Assembly: GCA_012295275.1 (NCBI GenBank)
Contig: CM022669.1
Location: 7,812,001-7,876,000, forward strand
Direction: 5' to 3'
Length of the DNA: 64,000 bases
DNA from: Chrysomallon squamiferum
Taxonomy: Eukaryota > Animalia > Mollusca
The position numbers were made by a program, and so were the translations under genes. The notes beneath the pieces were generated by a model that was not told the DNA's origin, made no database searches, and saw only the letters and a program-made list of their open reading frames with translations. Of this stretch, positions 13,841 to 27,533 are shown in pieces (the stretch's first letter is position 1; each line of letters begins with the position of its first letter).

Positions 13841-14773
13841 ATCATTCTTGGAAATATCAAAAACAGTTTTGTAGCATCATGTGATTTACCAAGTGTTCTG
13901 TTTCAATTCCAATTAATTCCGTGCCTTCTCAGTGTTTTTCTCAGTGTCATTCCTTTTCTCGAGTCACAGGACCAGCTCAGAAGAGTAAAAAATTTGAACA
14001 TTTTCTTTCCTTTTCCATCTGTGATCATCTAAGCTGTGTTCTGTTGTTGTTGTTTTGAATGACATTTAATGTCTGTAAAACCTCCAGTCTTACAGTGCTT
14101 GCTGTCTAAACTCATTGTCTCTTCTTACTTTCCATTGTTCCATGTTCTAGTTTCCACAAGTTTCAGTGTTTTTGTTTTCAACCATTCCTGTTAAGATCAT
14201 TTTAAAAACTGATGCAAGCAATGACCATATGTTCAAGAATGAATGTTTGGAGATTTTAATGTTGTTACATTTCTATTCAAGTCATTTTGTCATCCTACAA
14301 ATACTTTTAGGATAGTTAGTTATAAAGAATAGTTTACTTACATTTATATGTTTCATTTTCTTTTAATCATTTTATATCTTATGCAGTCTTTTTTTTTTTT
14401 TTACTTTTTATATAGGTGCAAGGAATAGTTGATGATTTTAAATGTTTTATTTTAGCTCCATTTCTGTTAGCATTACGTTAAAAACTCCTGCAAAGACAAA
14501 CATATTTCTTTACAAGAAAATGTCTATAGATTTAAATATATTTCAGCATACTCTGTTCAGTTTAGATAGTTTAGTAATTTATCAAATTCTTATGTCAAAA
14601 ATAAGTACTACTAAAAATAGTTTCTGATTATAAATATTCCAGTCAGTTTTAATAATTTTTATGATTTGTCAAACACTACATTTGTGCATTGGTTATAAAG
14701 AAAACGTCTTTACATTCAGAAATACAGTCTAATTTAAATAATTTTATAAAACATTCAAAGCATTTTATCTGAC

Positions 14774-15230
14774 AAAAATGAAGCAAGTAAGTCTAAAATT
14801 GTATGCAAAACATTTAAGGTGTAAGGCAGATGTTGGAAAAATGAAGCAAGTAATTCTAAAATTGTATGCAAAATGTGTACCTTGAAATATCAACATCTTA
14901 ATTCCTTCTTCACCATTGTGAAATGTTTACTATCATCCTTCAAGAAAGAGATACTATCTTCCTTTTTAACACACTGCCAAATTATTAAATTTTTCTGACA
15001 AAATAATTTTATCATCATTTAAGAAAATGTTATTAGTTACCCTTTTAATAAACTGCCACATTATGAAATTTTTCTGATTTTTTGTAAATTTTATTTTATC
15101 ATTCTTTAAGAAAAGGTTACTAACTTCATTTTGATAACCTGCCACATTATGAAATTTTTCTGAACTTTTAAAAAAAAATTCTGTCCTTTAAGAAAAAGTT
15201 ATTGATTCCCTTTTAAATGAACTGCCATAT
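14774..15230. repeat. Direct repeats in the putative MCTP 3' UTR: two copies of AAAAATGAAGCAAGTAA..CTAAAATTGTATGCAAAA, then about 4 copies of an 80-90 bp unit (CTGCCACATTATGAAATTTTTCTGA...TTTAAGAAAA)
   Basis: Visible at about 14774 and 14837, and at about 14973, 15052, 15138, 15221. Confidence 0.7.
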
Positions 15231-15664
15231 AGGGCATTATGTACACTTCATTTTAAAATTTGTTGAAGTTTTATCATTTCATGGCAAGTTGGCTTCATTT
15301 TTTTGTTGTTAAATTTTTTATAAATAGTCCCATGTTAGGGCAGTATTTCAGATTTTATCTGTTATTTTTTCATTTAAATGTTTGTTTTTACTTTAAAATG
15401 TTCTGATGGCCATTATGTATATGCATTTATCATTTTTTATTTCTATTTGTTTCAGTGTTTTTACAAAGCTAAAAAAATTGGTTCTTTGAGATGTTTTAAA
15501 TTGAAAAAGATTTTAAAAAGAAAATGTTTTAATTTTTATTATAGTTATGTTTTTCAATATTGTCAAGTAAAACTCTCCAGTTTAGCTCTCTGTTATCTGT
15601 TATCAGTTTGTATGAAAAACAAAAAATCAATCTAAATATATATCATTATATGCATATATGTGTG

Positions 15665-15712
<48 letters not shown>

Positions 15713-16577
15713 AAATATATATCTTTTCAATTTAAAAAAAAAGAAAATGTTACTGTGTTTATATTTTTATAAACATTGTTCCTATTTTTGCTTTCCAAAA
15801 CTTAAAAAGTTCTGTAATGCAGAAAAAAAACTTTCCATTTTCTGTTTATAACTTTATTTTTTAAACATTCATTTAGGTTGTGGTTGTGAATTTAATTTTA
15901 AGTAGGATGCTGTTTAATAAAAGTTACAGAAAGCAAGATAGTAAACAAACATTAAGAGGGCTTACACCAGTATCTTTTATGTCAAAGTTTTTTAAGTTTA
16001 AAATGATATTGTAAGATAATGAAACTTCAAGATTTTATAGTTATTTGTTTTTCAAACTTTGCACTTACTTAATTTAAAAAAAATAAAAATATATATATAT
16101 ATTTTTAATCTTACTGTATTTTTATTTATTTCTCAATATAAATGTGTCCTTGTTTGAAAATGGTGCATCACTGAAACCAGTTAACAATATATTTATTTAT
16201 TTAACATGTTGAACAACAAATCTTGCATAAATTGGATTCAAATATCTGAACAAACAGAAAAGGAAATATTCTAGTTAAAGACACACTTCTGAAATGCATT
16301 GTCTGAAAATCTAGGATCTGGAAAGACTATTAAATCTTTATGTATTAACATAACAATAATGCACTTTTACTTTTGAATTGCGTCAGTTGTGATTTGTTCT
16401 TGTTGTTTCTCAGTTTGGACTAATTACAAATGAGAATGCTAAATATTCACTGTTAATAGAAATTATCAGAGATTGTTGTTTCCACGATTGTGTGTTTGCT
16501 AGGTAGTAAATAACATTGCACACTCACACTGACACAAACATGCACACAAACACATATACAAACATACATATACATGC

Positions 16578-16626
<49 letters not shown>

Positions 16627-16795
16627 GAGAGAGAGAGAGAGAGTTATAGATGTGTTGACAATCTCTTATCTGTAACTTTGAAATCCAAGAAAAACATTGT
16701 TTTTACAGCAATGAAAAATATTTAACTTAATTTGTACAAAACTGTTTTATTTGTATTTTTCTCTGTTGTTTTATTATATACTCTGTAATACACTG

Positions 16796-16829
<34 letters not shown>

Positions 16830-17827
16830 TGCCTCTGTGCATGAGTGTAAGTGTGTGTGTCTGTGATTGCTAATGTGTGTTGTGTATATGTGTCTGTGAG
16901 TATGAGGGAGAGTGTTTGTGGGTGGGTGGGTGTGTATATATCTGCGTAGTGTGTAGTGTCAGTATGTACATGTAGTGTGTGTGTGTGTGTGTGTGTTTGT
17001 GATTATTTGTAATTTACATTATGATGTGTACTGGGGATTTTCACAGGGTTTTCTTATCAGCCATCTTACATTTTAAATGATAAACCAAATATGTAGCATA
17101 ATCCAGAACTTTCAGATAAGTGATAATGAAGCTGTACAGACGCATGTAGACACAGACGAAGAGCAGGTGCAAGATACTCAGCTCTAGGTAACATTCTGTT
17201 TTACACATGTAATATATAGATATACATTATATCTGTTATTTACTATATATATATATATTATTCTCTCCATGTTATATCACACTGGTGCAATATAGAATAT
17301 TTACATTTTTAAAATTGCAAATTATTTATTTGTTTTCATCATAATTCTCATTTATTTTCATTTTTCTCCTAAAAAAAAAAAAAAAAAAAGAATATGTAAG
17401 GTATTATTTGTGAATTTTGTACTTGTTTTATTTTGTTTTATTTTTATGTTTCCATTTTCAGTAACAGTCATTATTTTAACTTGATTGTATTTATTTAATA
17501 CACCTTATGTGTTCATAATCTCCGATTTTTCTCTCAAAAAATATTCAAAATATTTGTTTTGTGAACAGTCACGTTTTTAGTAATTTTTGTACTTTTTTCA
17601 ACGTCATTATTTTACATGTTTGTATGTTTGTCATTGTCAACTTTCCTTGTATAAAACCATTTACACATTTTACATTTTTTAACTGCAATTGCTCCTGTAC
17701 ATATCTTAATTATTTATCTGTTTTTTACTGATGTAGTTACATCTTAGTGTATGTCTGATAAATAATTTGGGAAAATATAGTAATAATTTGTAATCAACTG
17801 ATTAAATTGTTTCTTTTTAACCCTTTT

Positions 17828-17865
<38 letters not shown>

Positions 17866-18088
17866 TATTTGTTTATTTATTAGTTTATATATTTTTTAAT
17901 TTATTTATTTTAGTTTGTACAGAACTATGTATAAGATATATAGGATTTTTGACACACTGCAAAATGTTATTCACTTTTTATTTTTTCTCACAAATACCTA
18001 GGTAAATATATCACTTGAAATTCAGGAATCAGTTTGCATTATGCTTGTTTTTGTTTCTTTTTCATTGTTATCACACATATATACAAAA

Positions 18089-18119
<31 letters not shown>

Positions 18120-18372
18120 GATATGAAAGGAGTATTGATCCTATTGCCCAAGTTATTTCTAAAGTATTCTTGCTGCCAATATATTTCTAAAAGTATTCCT
18201 GCTACTAATACAGTTTTCTAATATATTCTTACAACTAGCATACTTTACAGTTTATTTCAACCATTTCAAGTATTTGTCATGAGCCACGAATTCTAGGGAT
18301 AAAATAAATCACAGTGCTGAAAAGACTTTTCTTTTCTTTGAATGACTTGGAGATTTGCCTTTCTTTTCGCCA

Positions 18373-18443
18373 TTTTCGTTTCCCATTGTCAGATATCTAC
18401 AGTGACATTTTCGTTTCTCACTGTCAGGTATCTACAGTGACAC
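18373..18443. repeat. About 34-bp tandem duplication (TTTTCGTTTCCCATTGTCAGATATCTACAGTGAC)
   Basis: Two near-identical adjacent copies. Confidence 0.8.
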
Positions 18444-20520
18444 TGTGAAAGATAGCTTTCTTTTCCTTTTATGACTGAAAGGGGGGAAAGTTTGTCCCAA
18501 AAAAAATCAGAAACCTAGATTTTTTTTGAAAAGGGTGTTGAAAATACCACAAAATATTAGCAGTGTAGAATTATATATAAACAACTAAATTTACTTTAAA
18601 TTCACAGGTTTTTTTCCTTGCCCTGATGGACAGCAGATTAAGCTTGTTTTGCCTTGATAGCTTAGAGGTAACTGGAATGAGGTGTCCCAGGTCATCCAGC
18701 TTGCCTAGCTTTTAGGGTGTCATCGTCAATACACAACAAGTTAAAATAATGTTATATATAGCCAGATAGATAACATAAAACACAGAGTATGAATACACAC
18801 ATTACCTTGGTAAACTAGCAGACATTTTGTGGATACTTTGCTGTTCCTGGACTTTTGATGTGTCTTTTGTGTTTTGGTAGTTTTCTGATGCATTATGATG
18901 AGGCTTTTTAGAACGTGGCTGAAGAGATGGTTTGAAAATTGTGGATCCCGTTTCTCTCATTCACTTCAGATAAATAATGTAAATCACACAGCATTATGTT
19001 GTTTGTGTTCCTCAGTTCTGTTTAAAAGTTATGATTCTCATAATGCTAAGAGACTGAGTATGTCAAGACTCCATCAACTAAGGGAAAAAAATTATTATTT
19101 TTTTTTTTTTTAAATTAACTTTAAGGGAATATGTAGACTGAAGTTCATGTGTTTTAGTTAAAATACTCCTTTAAAAAAATTATATTTGGTAACAATACAT
19201 TTGTTTCTGTGACAGTCACTGGCATAAATAAAATAAGATTTTGCAGTCTTAGTCATTATTTATTTATTTATTGATTTTATTTTATTTTATTTTATTTTAT
19301 TTTATTATTTTTATTATTATTATATATATATATATTTTTTTTTATCCTACATGCAATTTTGTTCATTGATTCTTTTTTTGGGATTCAGTTATTATTATTA
19401 TTATCAAAATGTGTCTTAGATTTTGGTGACATGTGGCTTAAATACAACTTGTAAACTTCCATGTGATGTTTTTTTTTTCAATGTTTTTTGTAATAAAGGT
19501 CTTGTATAAAGAAAATGAATACATGATGTAAAGAGAAATTTGTTTGCAGGGAAGTTACATTATTATTATACTTCATTGTTAGTAAAGGTTGATCACCATT
19601 ATAAGAAACCCTTGGAGGTGTGCAGAAAGCACTGAGATAATTCCCACCAGCTGAAGTATGTTTTTAATTGTAAATGATGTAAGTAAATATTAAAGAACTT
19701 AGAAAAAAACAAATTTTTATAAAAATCTGTGATACTGCTATTAAAATCTTTTCCTTCTTTTTTAAAAAAAATATATTTGTGGTGGATAATTAAACTGCAT
19801 AATGTTTGTGTTTTGAAATTTTCTTCCTCTTGGATAAGGGAATATTTGTTTTTTATTTTAGTTCATTGTTAAATATGGCTCCTATAACATTTTATTAACA
19901 AATGGGGCAAATGTAATAAATTGTAAAAACTCTGATTTCCGAGTTGAACATTTTCTTCTATTGCTTGGAAATCATTTTAATAATAAATCCATTTTATTTA
20001 TAAAACAAAATAATTCTTGTCTTGTTTTCTTTTGTTATTTGTGATTTCTGTGAAGTAATAAAAAGAATTTGCAATATTATCAGTAGATCATAATTTCACT
20101 ATTTCAAAATGATCTGGGAAATGCATGACTGCAGCTATTTTTAATTTTAATTTTAATTTTATTTACATTATTGTTATTATTATTAATATTAATATTGTTT
20201 ATTTTATTTTATTTATTTATTTATGTATTTTAATTTCCGAGTCTGCTTCTGTAAAACGATACTACATTTTAGTGATACCATTTTCAAATTATCAACAATC
20301 TTCTAATGAAATATTATTAAAATTAATTATATAAATAAGCGTAATAGTTTTAATATTCATCTATTTGTGAAGTCATGTTGCTTACTAAAATCATAGTAAA
20401 TATCCCTTCACATTTCCTCAAACATAGAGTCAAAATCATAAAATTGATAAAGTTACATTGCAGTTCTTCATCAGCTGCATTTCCTTTTAATTTATTATAT
20501 ATAATTTTCACTTTCTCTAT

Positions 20521-20554
<34 letters not shown>

Positions 20555-21497
20555 CTTAATATATATTATTTTTTCATAGTCCTTTTTATCATTTCATAAT
20601 GCTAATGGGCATTTTCTTCTTTACTTAATTCACAGCAGCCACTTTAGACTCATGTCTAGACTGATCAAAGTGATTCCATGTTATTCTCAAAACATGAGAC
20701 AAAATCTGTTTTCCAGGAAACTACATATAACAGTATCTGTTCCTTTTCCTTGTTCTTGGCAGCTTCCCCTCCAGTTGAAACAAAGTCTGCAGCCTGATGA
20801 GGCTGTCCTTGCACTGGGATAGACTGTACTAAAAGTAAATTTCAGATGGTTGGTGGGAGCTTGGTTTGGCAGTCATCAGAGTCTTCAGAAAGACTTCAAA
20901 GACATTTAAAGGTCTGTCACTTTGATGCGATTTGTTTTTTTTTGGATTGTTTTTATTACCTCTGCACACTGTCTTTTTGCACCCTTTTGAATTTTTACAC
21001 ATATATATAATATGGTTTCAGGGTGTTTCCCCTCCCTGGATATTCTCCATAATCAGTTTCCCCATTCATTTCCCTCTGATGTTTCCGCCTTGGTCATTTC
21101 CCCCCAAGGCTATTTCCCCCACCTGCCCGTTTTAACTGTCAAATATCCTGGCTTATAGTAAGTGCTATCTATCATAAATAACAATTTAAAAAAATCAAGG
21201 ATTTGTTAATTGATATAGAACTGGCCTCATCCTCAAACAAATTATATCCAACAAAAAAAGAACATCAAAAGAAAGGTCAAAAGCCTGTTTCTGGATGTTC
21301 TGAAAAAAAAAAACAATCCCCGTAATACTGTAACACTGCACCAGATACTGGCCAGACAAGCCCCCCCACCACCACAGAGACATCGCCTAGTGTCTTCCCC
21401 TGTGGTGTGATCACCATCTCCAGATGTAAAATGTGTCCAAAAGATTATGTAACTACATGCAATATGAAATGTTTCAAATAAACAATATCTATATCTT

Positions 21498-21590
21498 TAG
21501 ATAGGTAGGTAGGTAGATAGGTAGGTAGGTAGATAGGTAGGTAGGTAGGTAGGTAGGTAGGCAGAGAGACAGACAAACAGACAGATAGAT
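21498..21590. repeat. (AGGT)n/(AGAT)n/(AGAC)n microsatellite
   Basis: Direct observation. Confidence 0.9.
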
Positions 21591-22289
21591 ATTGGTTAGA
21601 ATATGCTGTTATTATCAGTTTATTCAGTATCAGTGAGAAGTGTATTTTGATAATGTTTCAGTATGAATACCTTATTTGAATGATGTTGTTAAATATAAAA
21701 AGTTGTTTTTTATTCAGACTTCGATGTTTTAAGATCAGACAACAAGAGGTAGTTTTCTGAAATTATGATTTTAACTCGGATATTTCAAACTATAGTTTAA
21801 GTATGTTATAATGTTTTTGATTTTTTTCTGTGAGGAGACATTATTTATTTTTGGAGAAGTAATGTAACTAAATAAATAACAGTTCCAAAAAGAGAAAAAA
21901 AAGTGTCCTAAAATAATTTAGACTGCATCTTTTTGGGTGGAGGATAATGTTTATTTAAATATTTTCTTTTCTGATTTAAAAATAAAACAAAAACAAAAAC
22001 GAAAAAACATTCTCTCAACTGGTTTTATTCCAAATCCTGCAAATTTGCAAATAGAAATATATATATTCAGACTCGGCATTTGTACCCAACTCATCTGAAG
22101 ATAGTTTTAAACCTTTGCTAAACCTTCACTGAAAATAAAATTCTGTAACCATTTCTAAGCTCAAAAGAGCTAGAAGTTACAAAAATAATTTCCAGGTGTT
22201 GTTACCAAGGAAACAAGTTCTATTTTTATTTAATAATTAACCAATAGTGGAGTGTCTTCACTGCCAGAACAGATTTAAGCATCTCCGAG

Positions 22290-23711
22290 ATGACTACTGA
22301 AGGATATTATGAAATGGCTGGCTGTAGCAGAAGTCCAGGTTCTGATGATAGTGTCATGTTGATGTACAGGTCATTAGAAAATGGGTTTTACTCTACAGAA
22401 GCAAGGCCTCCGAGTCTAGACAGTATATCTGAACAGTGGAACGACTATGGGAAACAGTGGTCATCTTCAGGTCAGTTTTCATATACACCTAGCACCAGTC
22501 CGTCTTACTACAATTTTGGAAAAAGAATGTCTTTTGACAGCACCCAAGGCACCACTATTTCTGAATGCAGCACAGGTTGTGAAGGCCATGGCACCTACAG
22601 CAACATGTTGTCTGCAATGAGGGATGGTGGAATAAAGGGGAATCATCCTTCTTTCTTTGGTTTGGAAATGCAGCCCCCAAGAAATCAAATACTGACTACT
22701 CTGGATGCAGTTGCCAGGACGTCAGGTGATGATGACTATTGTCAGTATATTTCAAATGTTAATCAAAGTGGCAATAAAGCTGTAAGTTACCACAATGATT
22801 TTCCTGCTTTTGATTTAACGAAACAGCATTTTGGTCTTCAGCCAGCTAGCACACCTAATACTGTTGCCAGTCCAACGGAAGACTATTGTGTAAATGCCAG
22901 TTTGTTTCATCCAGGGCAAAATAACAGTGGAAACATATATGACACTGACAATCATTTTGGGTACAATTTGCACCAACCTAGTCATGAAATGTTGGGAACT
23001 CCAAACACATTCAGCAATAGTACAGACGAAAACTACTATCTAAACAGCAATGTTACGTCTCCAGGCAAATGCAGTTCAAATGGTAACAATGACAGTTCAG
23101 ATCAGAATATGGCTTCGAGTTGGAGTCCTGTAAGAAAAAGTAGTAACAGTAATAGTTATTTGCATTCAGATGTCCTTCCTACAGCACAGACTATGGCAAA
23201 TCGAACAAGTGAGACAGATGATGATATTCTTCAGTTCCTGAAATCTCTGATTCCAGAATGCAAAGAAGAATCAACCAGTACATCCCAGACTGCTGCAACA
23301 GGTCCACGTCACAGTGAGAAAAAAGGAAAACTCAATGTTGGCTCATACATTGCCATTATTGCAAATGCTATTATGAGTTCACCAGAAGGTAAACTCTTGG
23401 TCAAAGATATTTACAGGTATTTTGTTAAGAATGTCGCGGTGAAGACGCCATCTTGGAAGAACAGCATTCGCTACAATCTAAGTGTAAACGCATGCTTTCT
23501 CAAAGACAGCCTGCAGAAGGATACTACATCCACGAAATCCAAGGGGCACTGTTGGTCTATCCATCCTAACTGCCTAGAAGCTTTTTCCCGAGGAGATTTC
23601 AGGCATCGGTCAGACATAAAGCAAAAAATAAAAAAGGTATCCAAAAGTGTTTTGCATGAAGAAAACTGCACAGATGCCCCCAAAATTGGGGACTGCAGTC
23701 TTGTAGGGTGA
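22290..23711 (+). CDS. Single-exon divergent forkhead transcription factor, FoxQ2-like (copy 1), 473 aa
   Basis: C-terminal forkhead domain SYIAIIANAIMSSPEGKLLVKDIYRYF...SWKNSIRYNLSVNACFLK...KGHCWSIHPNCLEAFSRGDFRHR. The W(A/S)IHP....F..GDFR wing motif is typical of FoxQ2. Long S/N-rich N-terminus; AATAAA at 23973-23978. Confidence 0.9.
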   Translation: MTTEGYYEMAGCSRSPGSDDSVMLMYRSLENGFYSTEARPPSLDSISEQWNDYGKQWSSSGQFSYTPSTSPSYYNFGKRMSFDSTQGTTISECSTGCEGHGTYSNMLSAMRDGGIKGNHPSFFGLEMQPPRNQILTTLDAVARTSGDDDYCQYISNVNQSGNKAVSYHNDFPAFDLTKQHFGLQPASTPNTVASPTEDYCVNASLFHPGQNNSGNIYDTDNHFGYNLHQPSHEMLGTPNTFSNSTDENYYLNSNVTSPGKCSSNGNNDSSDQNMASSWSPVRKSSNSNSYLHSDVLPTAQTMANRTSETDDDILQFLKSLIPECKEESTSTSQTAATGPRHSEKKGKLNVGSYIAIIANAIMSSPEGKLLVKDIYRYFVKNVAVKTPSWKNSIRYNLSVNACFLKDSLQKDTTSTKSKGHCWSIHPNCLEAFSRGDFRHRSDIKQKIKKVSKSVLHEENCTDAPKIGDCSLVG

Positions 23712-26700
23712 AGAATCTATTTGTCAGTATCATATCAGCAACTTTGGTGACACATTTTGAACTTTAAAGCTTTTAAATTTTGGACTTTTAGCATCTAAGC
23801 ATTACTATTATTATCATTGTCACCATTATTATTATTATTTGATCACTGTTAGCATTGTTTAATAAGTTTAAATTTTTTTAAATACTACAACACATGTTAA
23901 CCTGGATTTCTATTTTTTTACTATTTATATGTTATTTATAAATATTAGTTAGAAATTGATAGGTTTTTGTGAAATAAAAAGTATTGTAAATCAAAATACT
24001 GTTGTTCATCCTTATTTTTTACTATGCAACACTCCTTTGTTGTCAATGTATATTTGTTTTCACTATTTAACCAGATGTTACAGACAAAAGAAATGGCTTT
24101 CTTTAGAGGATCATTTCATGTAACTGCATATCTGTGTGTGTTGATCAGTATTTTGTTTTTGAATTAATCACAACATTGTAAGTTTTATGCGATTTAGCAA
24201 AGAAAAACAGTCTACTGATATCGTCGATATTTGTTTTCTGATCTACAGCCTTGACAAAGAAAGTCAGTTCGAATTACATCAAAATTAACCCAGATGCAGT
24301 TAACTCTAAATAATTCCAGATTCTCTGGTTCACAATTCACCTAAGAGTGAGAATTATTGTTCAGATTGTTTGTTTCATGTACAGCAGTTACCCTGATATA
24401 CCAGTCAGTCTCTTGTCCAAGTTACATGTGAACTGATCTCTTTATTTTTACATGACAATCAGTTTACTTCAAAGAGTTAACTTATATGAGAAAGGTAAAA
24501 ATGAGTAAAATAAAACAAAATAATAATAAAAAATAGTTTACATCAACAAACCAACTTCCAGCAGCAGATCTAGGCTTAACTTATGCAGGAGCCTCAAGAA
24601 ATAACTGTAAAATTAAATTCAGTATTAATATTTTAGCAAATAGGTGAAACAAAGATTTTGTGGTAGTTTAGTGCATCTCAGTCTTAACACAGTACTGGAA
24701 AGCACGACACAGAGTAATAATAATGATGATAATTAACAAACGGACATTAATAACAACAACAAAAACAATTTCAAATAATATAGTTAATGAGTAAACCAAA
24801 ATCAGTAACAATAATTAAAACGGCAGTAAAAAAAAAAATAATAATAACAATACTGGCATGCAAAACTTCATCTTGGAACAATAACTATATATTTTTTTAA
24901 TCCATTTTTATAGATCTTTTTACTTAAAAAAAAAGAGAGAGAGAGAGAAAAAATATTATGTTTCTGTTTTTATTCCAAAAAGGGTTATGGCCAATAATGT
25001 TCTCCAATTTTTCAGTAAAACATTCTTAAAATGCTTATTTTGGCAGCCCATATCCTCTGTAAAAATATTCAAAAGGTGCACACCATCATCAAAATAAAAA
25101 CAAACTGTGCATTGGACAGAGGAATGCTGCTTTTTATTGTGGTACCCTTTACACACTTTTGAACAATACTGTGTCTGTGCCAGTCTGAGGAAAGACCGCA
25201 GCTTTCAGCTGATTCAGACTTTGAGGGCAGTTGTTCTAATAATAACAAAATGATTTTAGTTATAAAATAATATTAGTAAAATACTCTAAAATGCTGACAT
25301 GTAAAATGGATAAAAACAATTTGACCATCTTAAATCCATTATAATAAATATTTAATCCAATAAAAAGTTAATGCTGTTAGTTTTGTCCATGTAAAACACA
25401 TGACAACCATAACATGCTGCTGTACACTGATCTGAAACAAGAGTTATGGTTCTTGCAAGACTGATTTGAAGCTGGAGTTGAACAGCAGCTGGATGAGATT
25501 TTCAAACCATTATGGTTTCCATAGATACATCTGAAATATTAAAACAAAATTTCTTTGGCATGTTAGGTTTACAGAATATAATTATAAGCTATCAGTAGTG
25601 TTAACAGTCAATTGTTCAAAAGAAAATATTTGTTGTGTCACTTCAATATCATAATTATAAAAAGAATAAAAAATAAAAATTCAAAAAATTAAAAAATAAA
25701 AATCTCTGCTGACATCAGAATAACAGTATTTTGAGAATTTATTATTTAAATATTTACTAGTGGGTTTCAATATCAAACAAACAAACAAACCAGGAATACA
25801 ATGTCGTCAGCATAAAAATATTTTGGGAAAAAGTTCTTGAGCAATAAAATATTTTGATTATAACAATGGATTTTCTTTTAAACACAAATAAGAAATTAAA
25901 AAGAAAATGAAGTTTGTGTTTAGCTACAGATTATTTAGATGCATGGAATGAAGAAACAAATAACAAATAACCATAATGATTACTGGCTGTTATTAATTAT
26001 GATGACAACAACCAAAATAGTATGTTATACACAAATACTGATTTTAAACAACAAAAACAATAATTAATTAATAACAGCCAGTAATAACAACTGTGGAATG
26101 AGTTGTAATATTACTACATGCAGTTACTGCCCTTTGATTTTACATAAAGTAAGAAAACCTGTACTTAAATATCTGATTTAAAAAAAAAGAAAAAAAGAGA
26201 TTACTAAATAAAATACAAAAAAAAAAAGAAAGAAAGATCAAAGGTTGTTTTAAAGAATTAAAATAATTCAAACAGTTATTTAAAACAGTAGCATTAATTT
26301 TAACTTTTTTTACAGTTTGAACATAAATTAATTTTATTTGATTTCAACAGTTTGTTTAACACACACACACAAGTTGTCTGTCCACCTACTGAATACTGAA
26401 ATTATCTTGAACTAGAGACTTGTTATTTATTTGAATGTAACCAACCACTGCACTGTCACCCACAGTCAGTGGTGGGTTTTGGCACTGGCTTCAGAGAAAT
26501 GAGTGTACATGAAAATATATTTCATTTGTAAATACTAAATCAAAGAACACAAGAATATCTACAACAACTGAAAATTGTTTTCAAAATTTCAAAATTTACT
26601 GGCGTTTTAGAGAAAATTAATTCTAAGAAATTACCCACAACAAATGTCTGAATTTTAATCTTGTGAGTCATGTAAAATTATATTTGATTTTTCCTCAACT

Positions 26701-27440
26701 TTTTCCCTTTTGAAAAATATCACTGGAGGCCTAAGAGAATATGAAGCTGAAGGGCCTGCACAATCTTAAATTTGGCATTTCTGAATGTCCTTACAATGCA
26801 GTAGTAATTATTTAACTGTCATGAAATTTAAAAGTGCAGAAATCAATTTAATTTTTTTTTTTTTTTTACACTGATATTACTAAATGCACTTAATTCTATT
26901 CCTCAAACCAATCCTGAGTCAATGTTCTGTTTTTTTAATTTCTATATTAGAAAGGCAAAAAGTGATGCAGAAACTGCTGCTTGTGGTTTATATTTCTTTT
27001 ATTTTGATTTTTTTTTTATTCTGGCATGGCCATGTGGATATAATACACCACAAGGATATTTCTGGCATTCAGCAACGTCATGCAATATTCATTTCATATT
27101 AGCAGTTTTACCAGAAGTTGGTAACATTAATTTAGTTGTTGACTGTCAGTCACATGGAATGATTACATAAGAAAAGGAGCCCATTTTCCTCATTCCGCAA
27201 GAAATATTATTCAGGTTTGCTGTTAGGTGAGTCACCTCAAAGGTCAGCAGATGTTTACCTGGAAAGGTCTGTGTAAAGCAATGATGTTGACTTCTATTTT
27301 CTAAATATATCGTCTCAATATGAAAACATACCATGTAACCACAGAAACGCTGCTTACAAAACCTTGAGCAGCATGCCACATGTTATTGAGTCAAGCTACA
27401 TTCCAGCACTGTTTTTTGAAAAGCCTTGCAAAAGTGTTGG

Positions 27441-27447
27441 TATAAAG
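27441..27447 (+). promoter_or_regulatory. TATA box (TATAAAG) of Fox copy 2
   Basis: About 90 bp upstream of ATG 27534, which sits in a good context (GAGATGG). Confidence 0.5.
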
Positions 27448-27533
27448 CAGAGAGTCCAGTCAAGCAAGGAGTAGAGAAACTGAGGACGTGAGACAGAAAA
27501 CTGAAATTACTCTTGCTTGTATTTAGTTTGGAG

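Noticed and set aside
24558-26780. Possible decayed hAT termini between the two Fox genes; GC-rich fragments at 21025-21135 and 29183-29240
   Set aside because: Too degenerate to define inverted repeats or target-site duplications by eye.
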